The translations under genes and the position numbers were made by a program. Below are positions 49,870-59,680 of a stretch of 64,000 nt of DNA, piece by piece (within the stretch, counting starts at the first letter, position 1; each line of letters opens with the position of its first letter). The DNA comes from Candidatus Cloacimonadales bacterium (GTDB lineage Bacteria; Cloacimonadota; Cloacimonadia; Cloacimonadales; JAFGVF01), in assembly GCA_963662585.1 (NCBI GenBank), contig OY759729.1:1056001-1120000 (forward strand), given 5' to 3'. The notes under the pieces are model-generated. The model made no database searches. It was not told the origin of the DNA and saw only the letters and a program-made list of their open reading frames with translations.

Positions 49870-50829
49870 ATGTTAAGAACTGCGGAATTTGTTAGTCCAG
49901 GACATCCGGACAAATTATGTGACAGAATTGCTGATAGCATTCTGGATGTTTGTTTATCACAGGATGAAAATACTCGTGCAGCCATTGAAGTAATGGGTGG
50001 GCACAAATTAATAAGTGTAACAGGAGAAATTACTACTAATGCATTTGTTAATGTTCAAGAAACTGTTAGAAAAATTGTAGGTGAAAATTGCGGTGTACAA
50101 GTTAACATCGTAAGACAATCACCAGAAATTGCTAATGGTGTTGATAATGGTGGAGCTGGTGATCAAGGAATTATGATCGGTTACGCTTGTAATGAGAATA
50201 AAGAGATGATTCCTCATGAAGCATATCTTGCTCGTTCATTAAATAGATATTTATACAATAAACATCCTTATGATGGCAAGACTCAAGTTACCCTTAAAGA
50301 TAACGAAGTTGTTGCTTTGGTGGCTAGTTTTCAGCTTACCAAGACTTCTGAGTTAACACAGGATATAAAAGATTGGGCTAAAGAGATGAATTTAGATATC
50401 TCTTCAATCAAACTTCATGTTAATCCTGCTGGTGAGTGGAATTGTGGTGGTTTTGATGCTGATACTGGAGTAACCGGTAGAAAATTAGCTGTTGATAACT
50501 ACGGACCACGCATTCCTATTGGTGGCGGTGCTTTCTCAGGAAAAGATTCTACTAAAGTTGATAGATCAGGTGCTTATATGGCTCGTAGAATCGCTGTTGA
50601 TTATCTTAGGAAAAATAATGCTAAAGAAGTATTTGTGGAATTAGCCTACGCTATAGGTGTAGCTGAGCCTGTTCAAGCGACAGTTACCATAGATGGAGTT
50701 GAAGAAGAAGTTAAAGGCTACGATTTAACCCCTAAAGGTATTATCACAGCTTTAAAACTCACTAAACCTATTTTTGAAGTAACAGCTCAGTGGGGTCATT
50801 TCGGTAATGGCTTCAATTGGGACAAATAG
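49870..50829 (+). CDS. metK: S-adenosylmethionine synthetase (short, 319 aa)
   Basis: EFVSPGHPDKLCD, GAGDQGIMIGYA, DGKTQVT, DTGVTGRK, GGGAFSGKDSTKVDRSGAY, GHFG. Confidence 0.95.
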   Translation: MLRTAEFVSPGHPDKLCDRIADSILDVCLSQDENTRAAIEVMGGHKLISVTGEITTNAFVNVQETVRKIVGENCGVQVNIVRQSPEIANGVDNGGAGDQGIMIGYACNENKEMIPHEAYLARSLNRYLYNKHPYDGKTQVTLKDNEVVALVASFQLTKTSELTQDIKDWAKEMNLDISSIKLHVNPAGEWNCGGFDADTGVTGRKLAVDNYGPRIPIGGGAFSGKDSTKVDRSGAYMARRIAVDYLRKNNAKEVFVELAYAIGVAEPVQATVTIDGVEEEVKGYDLTPKGIITALKLTKPIFEVTAQWGHFGNGFNWDK

Positions 50830-50860
50830 TTCTTTAAACACTAAATACAGTATATATTTA

Positions 50861-50887
50861 AAGGCAGTTAATTCTGCCTTTTTTTTT
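50861..50887 (+). terminator. Rho-independent terminator of metK
   Basis: AAGGCAG-ttaatt-CTGCCTT followed by a T-run. Confidence 0.85.
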
Positions 50888-50907
50888 ACCAAGCTTGTGG
50901 AGTATAA

Positions 50908-51078
50908 TTTAACCCGAATGGTGCAGTAGAGCTTTACAGAAGAGTGCAGATTCTTTTAGATAAAGCTTTTACAGAATTTATCAGCCTATAATATATATAC
51001 TCTGAGAAATTATGTAAAATGCTTTTGCAAATGAATATAGTGCTATTCTAAAAGATCTACTGCATTATTGGGTTTAAA
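50908..51078 (+). other. About 170-nt imperfect hairpin (structured RNA or MITE)
   Basis: Outer arms TTTAACCCGAATGGTGCAGTAGAGCTTT / AAAGATCTACTGCATTATTGGGTTTAAA; inner arms TTTTACAGAATTTATCAG / CTGAGAAATTATGTAAAA. Confidence 0.6.
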
Positions 51079-51485
51079 CTAGATATAGTTCTTGAACCTA
51101 AAGGAGTCTTCCCATAAGCTATTCCTCCTCATCCTGAAGCTACTACAATCCACAAGCACCAGTATGTAATTCAGCACTATTTATTTGACATTTTGCTACA
51201 CATATTGACTATTAATTTATGAATTGACCTGTCCTCAAGTGCTTTCACACTAATCAAGGCTAATTGGAAGGAATTTCTAAGAGACTAATACAGAATTTTT
51301 CCGTAGTTATTTTCCTTACAAACATAGAAGATAATTGATAATAGGGAGTTTTTCACAAGACCCTTTTAGATGAATTCCTGAAAGTGGTTTATAGCTTTAG
51401 TGGAGAAGAAGTAAGAATAATCACAAGAAAATTGGTCATATTATTTAGGGCAAGAAAAAATAAAAAAAATAATGTAGAGGTAAAA

Positions 51486-54194
51486 ATGAAAAAACACTTA
51501 ATTGTTATTCTAACACTATTATTGGCCGTAGGCTTATTTTCCCAAACTATCACAGCACCACAAGGTAGTGGTACAGAGACAGACCCTTATCTGATAAGTA
51601 GTTACGAGAATTTGAATTGGTTAACTTCCAGAGATTCTTTGATTGAAGTAACTTATTTAGACAGAATGAATGCTTATTACACACAAACAACTGAAATTAT
51701 CTTTCCAGAAGCCATTACTGACTGGGATGAGAATCAAGGCTTCATGCCAATTGGTTGGGGATCCTTATCTGAGAGTTTTCCTTTCTCTGGAGATTATAAC
51801 GGACAAGGTCATACTATAACTAATCTTTATATTAATCGTCCAACCATGGATAGTGTAGCTCTTTTTGGACTTCTCATCACTGGAACAATTGAAGATTTAG
51901 GTCTTATCGATGTTAATGTTACTGGTTCATGGGGTATTGCTGGATTAGTAGGAGAAATGGATACAAATTCAATAGTCAATAATTGTTTTGTTACTGGTGA
52001 AATTATAGGAGAAGCTATTGTTGGCGGTATTACATCTTATAATTTTGAATCTGAAATTAATAATTCTTATTTTATCGGTAATCTTGAATCTCTAGAGGCA
52101 ATTGGTGGAATTGCAGGTTATAATGACAATGCCACTATTACAAACTCTTATGCTATAGCATCTTTTGAAAATGTTGATTATGCAGGACTTCTTGTGGGAT
52201 TAAATGATAGTTCTTCTATCCACAACTCATTCTGGAATTCTGAACTTACTCCTGATCTTCCAGGAATTGCAGATGATACAAATGGTGATATAGTCAACTC
52301 ATTAGGAAAAACAACAGAAGAGATGAAAACTGAATCCACATTTACAGTTGCTGGCTGGGACTTTACAGACATTTGGCAAATTAATGATCAAATCAATGAT
52401 TCATATCCTTCTTTTACTTGGCAAAATGAATCTGAAACCCCTAATACAACTTTACCTCCAATGAACTTAACAGCAGATGTTGATGGTTCAAGTGTAGAGT
52501 TAAACTGGGAAGCACCACTTGATTTAACAAATGGCCTATGGTTAACTAAAGGTTCTGAAGATAATAATGATGGTATTGGTACTGGTGCAGCTGCTACAAT
52601 GCACATTGCTCACATGTACACCGAAGCTGAGTTAGCTATCTATCAAGGTATGTATATTAATTCAATTAAAATGTTCCCAAGAGAAGCTTCTGCTACTTAT
52701 ACTCTCAAAGTATGGGGTGGAAGTAATGGTAACACAGAATTATATAGTCAAGCTATTACAGATTTCACTAATGAAGCATGGAACGAATTTACATTAGACT
52801 CAGCAGTTGCTATTCCTTCTGCAGGTCCAGTATATATTGGTTACTATGTGAATACTCCTACAGGTTACCCTGCAGGTAGTGATGCTGGTCCAGCTGTTGC
52901 AGGTGGAGATATGGTTAAGTTAAATGACCAAGCAAGCTGGGATGTGCTTTCTTCAATAACTACAATCAATATTAACTGGAATATCCAAGCTTTTGTTTCA
53001 CCTGAAGGTGCTGACAGAGCTTCTTATACTCCAATTGCTATGGTTAACAGATCTGCAAAAGCTAATAACAGCAATGCTCAATTAGTTGCAGGAAACTTAA
53101 ACCCAATCCTTTCAAGTAGATTCAATGTAGAAAGAGATGTAACTGCTTACAAAATCTACCGCGATAACGAAGAAATTGCTGAAGTTGCAGCTTCTGTTCT
53201 TACTTATACTGATGCTGATTTAGCTGATGGAACTTATGTTTATCATGTAACAGCTATGTATGGTGATGCAGAATCATTTAACTCTAACAGTGTTACCGTT
53301 AATGTTATTAACATTAATCCTGGTGATATTATTATTGCTGATAGTTTTGAAGACTATGCAGACTTCTCATTACAGTTCGGAGACTGGACTCTTGTAGATG
53401 GTGATTTATCAGCAACTTATGGATTTGACGGAACTACATTCCCTAATGCTGAATCAATGATGTCTTACATAGTATTTAATCCTGCTATGACTACTCCAGC
53501 TCTTAGTGATGAAAGTTATAATGCTCCTGACGGAAGCAAATATCTTGCTAGTTTTGCTGCTGTAACTCCTACAAATAATGACTGGTTAATTTCACAACCT
53601 TTCACTCTTGGTGCACAAGGTGAAGTTAACTTCAAAGCTAAATCTATCACTAGCCAATATGGTTTAGAAAGATTTAATGTTCTTGTATCTACAGGTTCAT
53701 CTAACCCTAACGACTTCGAATCAATCTCAGGTGCTACTTATACTGAAGCTCCTACTACTTGGACTAGCTACATGTATGGTTTAAATGATTATGCAAACCA
53801 AACAATCAGAGTTGCTATCCAATGTGTTTCAGATGATGCATTCGTATTCATGCTTGATGATTTCAAAGTTGTTTCAGCAGGTGGAACTGATAATGATGAT
53901 ACTACTGTTCCTCTATTTACTAATGCTTTAAAAGGTAACTACCCTAACCCATTCAACCCTGAAACTAGAATTAGTTACTCAGTTGAAAAAGCTGGTAAAG
54001 TTACTTTAGAAGTCTATAATATCCTTGGACAGAAAGTAAAAACTCTTGTTAATGATACAAAAGAAGCAGGTTCTCACAGTGTAGTATGGAATGGACAAGA
54101 TAGTGCTGGTAACTCAGTTGCTTCAGGCCTTTATTTCTACCGTATGAAAAGTGGAACTTACTCAAAAACAAGCAAAATGATTTTAATGAAGTAG
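51486..54194 (+). CDS. Secreted multidomain protein: GLUG-repeat region, FN3-like, cleaved-adhesin (choice-of-anchor J) domain, T9SS/FlgD CTD
   Basis: Signal peptide MKKHLIV (ATG 51486, GAGG RBS; track start 51384); GSGTETDPYLIS, FSGDYNGQGHTITNL, GGIAGYN; PPMNLTA..YKIYRD; WTLVDGD..NNDWLIS..FMLDDF; NYPNPFNPET...SGLYFYRM..KMILMK. Confidence 0.88.
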   Translation: MKKHLIVILTLLLAVGLFSQTITAPQGSGTETDPYLISSYENLNWLTSRDSLIEVTYLDRMNAYYTQTTEIIFPEAITDWDENQGFMPIGWGSLSESFPFSGDYNGQGHTITNLYINRPTMDSVALFGLLITGTIEDLGLIDVNVTGSWGIAGLVGEMDTNSIVNNCFVTGEIIGEAIVGGITSYNFESEINNSYFIGNLESLEAIGGIAGYNDNATITNSYAIASFENVDYAGLLVGLNDSSSIHNSFWNSELTPDLPGIADDTNGDIVNSLGKTTEEMKTESTFTVAGWDFTDIWQINDQINDSYPSFTWQNESETPNTTLPPMNLTADVDGSSVELNWEAPLDLTNGLWLTKGSEDNNDGIGTGAAATMHIAHMYTEAELAIYQGMYINSIKMFPREASATYTLKVWGGSNGNTELYSQAITDFTNEAWNEFTLDSAVAIPSAGPVYIGYYVNTPTGYPAGSDAGPAVAGGDMVKLNDQASWDVLSSITTININWNIQAFVSPEGADRASYTPIAMVNRSAKANNSNAQLVAGNLNPILSSRFNVERDVTAYKIYRDNEEIAEVAASVLTYTDADLADGTYVYHVTAMYGDAESFNSNSVTVNVININPGDIIIADSFEDYADFSLQFGDWTLVDGDLSATYGFDGTTFPNAESMMSYIVFNPAMTTPALSDESYNAPDGSKYLASFAAVTPTNNDWLISQPFTLGAQGEVNFKAKSITSQYGLERFNVLVSTGSSNPNDFESISGATYTEAPTTWTSYMYGLNDYANQTIRVAIQCVSDDAFVFMLDDFKVVSAGGTDNDDTTVPLFTNALKGNYPNPFNPETRISYSVEKAGKVTLEVYNILGQKVKTLVNDTKEAGSHSVVWNGQDSAGNSVASGLYFYRMKSGTYSKTSKMILMK

Positions 54195-54265
54195 ATAATC
54201 CTTGTAATCCCCCTCTATGAGGGGGACACATGAGGTCTTACCTTCAATAAAATAATAAATATAAT

Positions 54266-54290
54266 AGCCCTGCAGAAATGTGGGGCTTTT
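54266..54290 (+). terminator. Rho-independent terminator
   Basis: AGCCCTGCA-gaaa-TGTGGGGCT-TTT (G.U pairs on + strand). Confidence 0.75.
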
Positions 54291-54292
54291 CG

Positions 54293-54415
54293 TTCTAACT
54301 GGGAAAGCGGGATTCTTTCTAACTGGGAATGCGGGATTCTTTCTAACTGGGAATGCGGGATTCTTTCTAACTGGGAATGCGGGATTCCAGCCCGCGACCA
54401 GCAGATAATGCTGGT
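54293..54415. repeat. 24-bp half-element tandem x3 followed by a complete AACTGGGA double-hairpin element
   Basis: TTCTAACTGGGAA(A/T)GCGGGATTCT at 54293, 54317, 54341; then TTCTAACTGGGAATGCGGGATTCCAGCCCGCG and ACCAGCAGATAATGCTGGT. Confidence 0.9.
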
Positions 54416-54575
54416 CTAAAAAGCTAACCCACCTCGCAAGTGCGTAGCATCGAAGCTAAGGAAGTGTTCTTAAACTACTCTTCCCTTCCTCCTTCTCAAT
54501 CAACTCAAGTATTTTTTGTTGTTTTGTGGGAATGAGTAGGAAGGAGCAAGGGAAGTCAATTAAGATAGCAAGGGA

Positions 54576-56117
54576 TTATCTAACAACAGATGTTGAATCG
54601 CTGTTAGCTTCTAAGTTTGCATAGTATTTTTGTTTGCCCATAGCAATTCTATTCTGCAAATCTTGAACTTGCTTAAGGAATCTACTTTTTCTTTCACCTT
54701 CTAATTTATTAGCAGCGACCATTTTTAAATTTGTTCTAGGATTAACCCATCTTCCATTTAACATAACACCAAAGTGAAGATGTGGTCCTGTTGACCTACC
54801 TGTGGAGCCTACTGTGCCGATAACTTGTCCTTTAGCAACATATCTACCCTTACGAGTGTTTATTTTATGTAAATGGGCATATTGTGTAACCATTCCATTC
54901 TCGTGTCTAATTCTAACTTCATTACCATAACCATCTCCAGTATTAGCAGCTTTAATAATAGTCCCTGAAGTAACAGCAAAAACAGGCGTACCTGTAGAAC
55001 CACGCAAATCCATTCCTTGGTGAAGAATTCTTCTTCCTAAAATAGGGTGAATTCTGTAACCATAAGGAGAAGTAATGTGCATTAGGTTCAGTGGAGTTCT
55101 AATATTTCCTTGAACAAGTCCCTTACCTGTTTCAGTGTACATACCATTAAAAGCTGAGGCATCATTATCATCCACAAAACGATAGGCACTTTTACTTCCT
55201 GTTCTTTTACCAGAATAACTCACGAAGAGGACTTTTCCTTGCGGTTCGATTTCCCCGTTTACGCGTTTTTCTTGAACATAAATCTCGAAAGTATCGCCAA
55301 CTCGGGCATCCTTACTAAGTGCTAACTGGGATTCAATAGCATCGTTAGCTTGCTGTCTTACAAAGCTAGTTAAACCAAGAGAGGCCATAGCTCTATCTAA
55401 AGAGTTGTTTTCCCTTGTCACTTCACCGATATAATAGTTTTCCACAAGATCGAAGGGGTAAGTTGTAAGTTTATATTCTAACTCTCTCTCACCTAAAATA
55501 TAAAATTCATGTAGAGAGATCTTGTCTTCTTTATAGGCAAATTTGTTAAATCTTTTTACTTTAAGAGAATCTAGATAATAATCGACGAAAAGAGTATCAC
55601 CCACATCAATACTGGTAGCATCAATGTATTCACCTAATTTCCAAGCATAATAACCTATATGCTTGGCTTCCATTCCTAAGTCTGTGAGAACTTGATAAAC
55701 TGAACCACCTTTCAAGATTGGTTTTTTAACTTCTACAGTATAACTTACAGAATCAGATTCACTCTTTCTAATATCATATTTTGCATTGAAAAGATCTACT
55801 TTTGCTTCTTTAATTTCACGAGTATCTAAGGTAGCTCGGAATAAAAAACTGCTTTCTGTTTGGGTGGCTTTTTCACCAATTTTTGAACCAATGATATCCA
55901 GAATATCGTCTGTATTGATAAAATTACGAGAAGTTATTTCTGCAAATAAATCTGCATTTTTTGCTACTGTGAATTTATCAACTAATTCATTACTCTTTCT
56001 TTCAATCTTAACTCTTTTACCATCAATAACTTGATATTCAGGTTCACTTTTACATTTACAAGCTGAAACAAACAAAATTAAATATATTATTATCAAATAG
56101 ATTAGTGTTTTCTTCAT
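54576..56117 (-). CDS. M23-family peptidoglycan DD-endopeptidase (possible lipoprotein)
   Basis: ITSPYGYRIHPI, HQGMD, YAHL, GSTGRSTGPHLHF; ATG 56117 with AGGAG RBS; LFVSAC lipobox-like. Confidence 0.9.
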   Translation of the reverse strand: MKKTLIYLIIIYLILFVSACKCKSEPEYQVIDGKRVKIERKSNELVDKFTVAKNADLFAEITSRNFINTDDILDIIGSKIGEKATQTESSFLFRATLDTREIKEAKVDLFNAKYDIRKSESDSVSYTVEVKKPILKGGSVYQVLTDLGMEAKHIGYYAWKLGEYIDATSIDVGDTLFVDYYLDSLKVKRFNKFAYKEDKISLHEFYILGERELEYKLTTYPFDLVENYYIGEVTRENNSLDRAMASLGLTSFVRQQANDAIESQLALSKDARVGDTFEIYVQEKRVNGEIEPQGKVLFVSYSGKRTGSKSAYRFVDDNDASAFNGMYTETGKGLVQGNIRTPLNLMHITSPYGYRIHPILGRRILHQGMDLRGSTGTPVFAVTSGTIIKAANTGDGYGNEVRIRHENGMVTQYAHLHKINTRKGRYVAKGQVIGTVGSTGRSTGPHLHFGVMLNGRWVNPRTNLKMVAANKLEGERKSRFLKQVQDLQNRIAMGKQKYYANLEANSDSTSVVR

Positions 56118-56311
56118 AAATTCTCCTAATGAGACAAATATTATAATAATGTTTTTTGGCAAATACTTTTTTAAATATATTATAATTATATCGGTTTAAC
56201 TTCTTAAAAGATAAAAAAATAAGAAAAATTGATTAATTTAGTATTCTTAAATCTTGACAGTTAACTTTGATATTTTATTTTTATAATATATTCGAATGAG
56301 GAGATATCTTT

Positions 56312-57142
56312 GTGAATCAAAAGAATGTTATAAAAGCAATAATGCGAGCTCGTTATAAAAAAAAAATAGAGTCATTTTCTTCTAAAATAGATATTGATAT
56401 AAATAAAAAGAATTATATCATAAAAACTGCTTCTAATCAAGATGAATTAGAACAGGTTCTCACGCTTAGGCATCAAGTTTTTTTAGAAGAACTATTGCAT
56501 AAAAAGAGGCTTATTGAAGTGGATTTTGATAAATTTGATCTTCTTTGTGACCACTTGATGATTATAAATAAGAGTGATGATTCATTGATTGGTACTTACA
56601 GATTAAACTGTTCCAAATTTAGCAACAATTTCTATTCAGCTACTGAATTTAATATCGATGCAATCATTGAATTACCAGGCGATAAAGTAGAATTAGGTAG
56701 AGCTTGCGTTCATCCCGACTTTCGAAACGGTATGACAATTGCTCTTTTATGGAAAGGACTTTCTGAATATATGGCTGTCTCTGAAAGTAGATTCTTCTTT
56801 GGTTGTTCTAGCGTAAAATCAATGGACTATCTCTTTATTCTCAATATTTATAATGCCCTAGTTAAGTCAGGAAGCTTAGTTCACTTGCCGGGTGTAAAAC
56901 CAATCGGAAAATTCAAATCTAAAAGCTTAAAAAAATTAATAAAAAAACAGACTATTGATCAAGAGTTTGACGATTCTACAATGCTAGATAAACTTCCTCC
57001 TCTGCTTAAAAGTTATATTAAAGCTGGGGCGAAAGTTATTGGTGAACCTGCTCTAGATAAAGATTTTCAATGTTTCGATTTCCTAACTCTTCTTGATTTC
57101 CAAAATGCTGACCAAAAATATAAGGATAAATACTCAAAATAA
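56312..57142 (+). CDS. GNAT N-acyltransferase, OlsB-like (amino-lipid synthesis)
   Basis: LRHQVFLEE, DFDKFDLLCDHL, GTYRL, FYSATEF, ELGRACVHPDFR, LLWKGL, LPPLLKSYIKAGAKVIGEPALDKDF. Confidence 0.85.
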   Translation: MNQKNVIKAIMRARYKKKIESFSSKIDIDINKKNYIIKTASNQDELEQVLTLRHQVFLEELLHKKRLIEVDFDKFDLLCDHLMIINKSDDSLIGTYRLNCSKFSNNFYSATEFNIDAIIELPGDKVELGRACVHPDFRNGMTIALLWKGLSEYMAVSESRFFFGCSSVKSMDYLFILNIYNALVKSGSLVHLPGVKPIGKFKSKSLKKLIKKQTIDQEFDDSTMLDKLPPLLKSYIKAGAKVIGEPALDKDFQCFDFLTLLDFQNADQKYKDKYSK

Positions 57143-57918
57143 TGCTGTTAAAAATAATAATCTCAATATGGTATTTTCTCGGCTTCTTTTTGAAAGGTGG
57201 CTTTATCATGCTTTTTACAAAAAACAGGGTTAAACGCCATCAACTCAATGCTGAAAACACTTCTAAAGCTTGCTGTAAAATGGTTAAACTTCTTGGTCTT
57301 AAAGTTAATCTGACAAATCCTGAAAAATGGGAGATACTGAATCAAGAGAACTTCTTAATAATTTCTAATCATGTTTCTTACTTAGATATACCAATTCTAA
57401 CCAGCATTAGGCCCTTTCTTTTTATTACCTCTCATGAAATGAAAAATACCCCTTTCTTAGGACAACTCACTCAATTAGGAGGAAGTCTCTATACAGATAG
57501 GAAAAAATTCACTGGGATTATGGGAGAGATTAAGAATTTTGCCACTTTTTTGAAAGATGGTTTTAATGTGGTCCTCTTTCCAGAAGCTACTTCAACCGAC
57601 GGAAAACAACTTAGAAATTTTAAAAAATCACTTCTGCAAGTAGCAATAGAAGCTGAAAAACCAATTTTACCAATCTGTATAAAATACCTTACTTGCGACG
57701 GCCAACCTATCAGTGATGAGAATAGAGATAATCTATATTGGTATGGAGATATGGGATTCCTACCCCACTTTATGCGATTAATCAAAACAAAAGATACCCA
57801 AATTGAAATTACGCTTTTAGATAAAATTGAAGTTACTGCCGAAAGTGATAGAAAATCCTTAAATGATAATGCTTTTAAACAAATTAGTGAAAAATATTAT
57901 TCATATAAATATTTATAA
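57142..57918 (+). CDS. Lysophospholipid acyltransferase (PlsC/OlsA-like)
   Basis: SNHVSYLD, LFPEATSTDG, WYGDMGFLPH; TAATG overlap with the upstream gene. Confidence 0.88.
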   Translation: MLLKIIISIWYFLGFFLKGGFIMLFTKNRVKRHQLNAENTSKACCKMVKLLGLKVNLTNPEKWEILNQENFLIISNHVSYLDIPILTSIRPFLFITSHEMKNTPFLGQLTQLGGSLYTDRKKFTGIMGEIKNFATFLKDGFNVVLFPEATSTDGKQLRNFKKSLLQVAIEAEKPILPICIKYLTCDGQPISDENRDNLYWYGDMGFLPHFMRLIKTKDTQIEITLLDKIEVTAESDRKSLNDNAFKQISEKYYSYKYL

Positions 57919-58114
57919 GAGGGTAATATATAAACAATATTAGCGCATTTTAAGAATTTAATCTTTTGGTTTTAATACTCTTACTCAGTAAAGATTCTCT
58001 TGAGTCCTTACTCTGAATTATCCAATCCTAAATAATTTGATCTATTTTAGGAAATTATCTTTTCTTATTCTTTGTCAGCTAAAGCGTCCAAGCCTTTTCG
58101 GGGGTGGGCTCTTT

Positions 58115-58166
58115 GGAGTGTCTTGAGAACACTCTCTATTAGAGGCCATCCTGCTGGGATTTAAGA
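58115..58166 (-). repeat. Dispersed repeat, inverted copy of 29068-29119
   Basis: Reverse complement TCTTAAATCCCAGCAGGATGGCCTCTAATAGAGAGTGTTCTCAAGACACTCC versus TCTTAAATCCCAACAGGATGCCATATAATAGGGAGTGTTCGCAAGACACTCT. Confidence 0.8.
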
Positions 58167-58218
58167 CAAAATTCTCCCTATCTCTTACTTTCTCTCTTCC
58201 TTCTCAATTATGCATTAA

Positions 58219-59580
58219 TTAGTCTTGATAAATCTCAAACAGAGTTTTAGCCACATCAGCAGAATCTAAATATTTCCCATGTACAGGATCAATCTTATTT
58301 GCTTTTGAGATAAACATTTCAGCTCTAGGACCTTTAGCAAAGAAGGGAACTAAAGAGTTGGTATGCTCAGAAGTTAAGAAGTAAAATTCAGGCATCTTAC
58401 CTTTACCATTGTTAATAACATCAGCAACAACCTTATTCTTCATATTAGCTTGGCCTGAAATATGTCCTGTTTCATGATCAGCAGTGATAATGAGTAAGGT
58501 TTCTTTCCAAGAGCTGTTTTCTTCCACCCATTTAACTACGGATTCAACCGCCTTATTAAATTCTATCTGTTCTTCAATAGTTCTACCATTCCAATTTGCA
58601 TGTGAAGCTTTATCAATTGCTCCACCTTCAATCAATAACCAGAAACCATTAGCATTATCTAGAACATTAATGGCTGCGTCTGTCATCTCTGATAAGGTGG
58701 GAATCTCTTCCCGGAGAGGAACTTGGAATGGAGGGAGATCTTTATCTCCTTTTCTATCATATTGGGCATTTGCTCGATTTTGGAATATTCCGAGCAATCT
58801 CTTGGGAGCATTATCTTTTGTTATATTTTGAAAGTCTTGGCGTTCTCTAATTAATTCCCAAGCATCAGGTCTGTTATCGCCATCAATATCCTTTACGACT
58901 TTGTCAGTGTTGCCATCATTATCAATATCAAAGTCTGTTTTCTCTTGGAGGATTTGCTGCCAAAATTCTTTTTGCCCAACATAGTAATACTTCTTATGAT
59001 CAGGCATTGTATCAAGGTCATTTAGTCCTGCTCCCATCATAACAGAAAGTTCAGAATCCAAAATCATTGATCTAAATATCCCAGGATAATCTTTTCTAAA
59101 AGGACTATGAATAGTAAATCCTGATGGAGTTCCATGACAAGCCACAACAGTTGTAACAGTACCTAGTTTCTTACCTTTCTTTTTAATAAACTCTGAAAAG
59201 TGGAGTAAGTCATTCTTATCTGCATCTACTCCTAAATATCCATTTTTAGTTTTATAACCTGTAGAAAGTGCAGTGGCTGAAGCAGCGGAATCGGTCCATT
59301 TAGAATCAATGTAAAGGCTATCATTCCAAGCTAAATCAGAATCATAACTTTCTGCATCAAGTGAATAAGTGCTCATAAATTGATTTACAGGGAATGATTG
59401 ATAGACTTGTCTTCCTGTCTCTCCATATTGAAAATAATCAGTGGCAAGAAAATGATTATAACCTGCACCATCGGAAATCATGATAATCACATTTTTAGGT
59501 TCTTTGGCACTACATCCCACTAATATTACAAGTATTATTACAAAAAGTACTAGTCTATATTTTTTTAACATTTTAATCAT
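58219..59580 (-). CDS. Alkaline phosphatase (PhoA family), lipoprotein
   Basis: KNVIIMISDGAG, TDSAASATAL.TG.KT, EGGAIDKASH, TLLIITADHETG, HT; LVGC lipobox. Confidence 0.92.
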   Translation of the reverse strand: MIKMLKKYRLVLFVIILVILVGCSAKEPKNVIIMISDGAGYNHFLATDYFQYGETGRQVYQSFPVNQFMSTYSLDAESYDSDLAWNDSLYIDSKWTDSAASATALSTGYKTKNGYLGVDADKNDLLHFSEFIKKKGKKLGTVTTVVACHGTPSGFTIHSPFRKDYPGIFRSMILDSELSVMMGAGLNDLDTMPDHKKYYYVGQKEFWQQILQEKTDFDIDNDGNTDKVVKDIDGDNRPDAWELIRERQDFQNITKDNAPKRLLGIFQNRANAQYDRKGDKDLPPFQVPLREEIPTLSEMTDAAINVLDNANGFWLLIEGGAIDKASHANWNGRTIEEQIEFNKAVESVVKWVEENSSWKETLLIITADHETGHISGQANMKNKVVADVINNGKGKMPEFYFLTSEHTNSLVPFFAKGPRAEMFISKANKIDPVHGKYLDSADVAKTLFEIYQD

Positions 59581-59680
59581 TTCCTCTAGTTTTATATTCT
59601 TGGAAACAAATTTAACTGAATATAAGAATTAGTCAATAATCTTAATCTAGACTTTATATGAATTTTATTCTAATCAGATT

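Noticed and set aside
50907..51080. Integron attC site
   Set aside because: ATTTAAC fits RYYYAAC, but the other end (GTTTAAA) is not GTTRRRY, the hairpin is longer than typical attC, and there is no integrase or cassette array.
51384..51485. Upstream starts in the ORF track (also 20952, 31970, 33516, 37735, 47736, 56162)
   Set aside because: Downstream ATGs have proper RBSs and give canonical N-termini or signal peptides.
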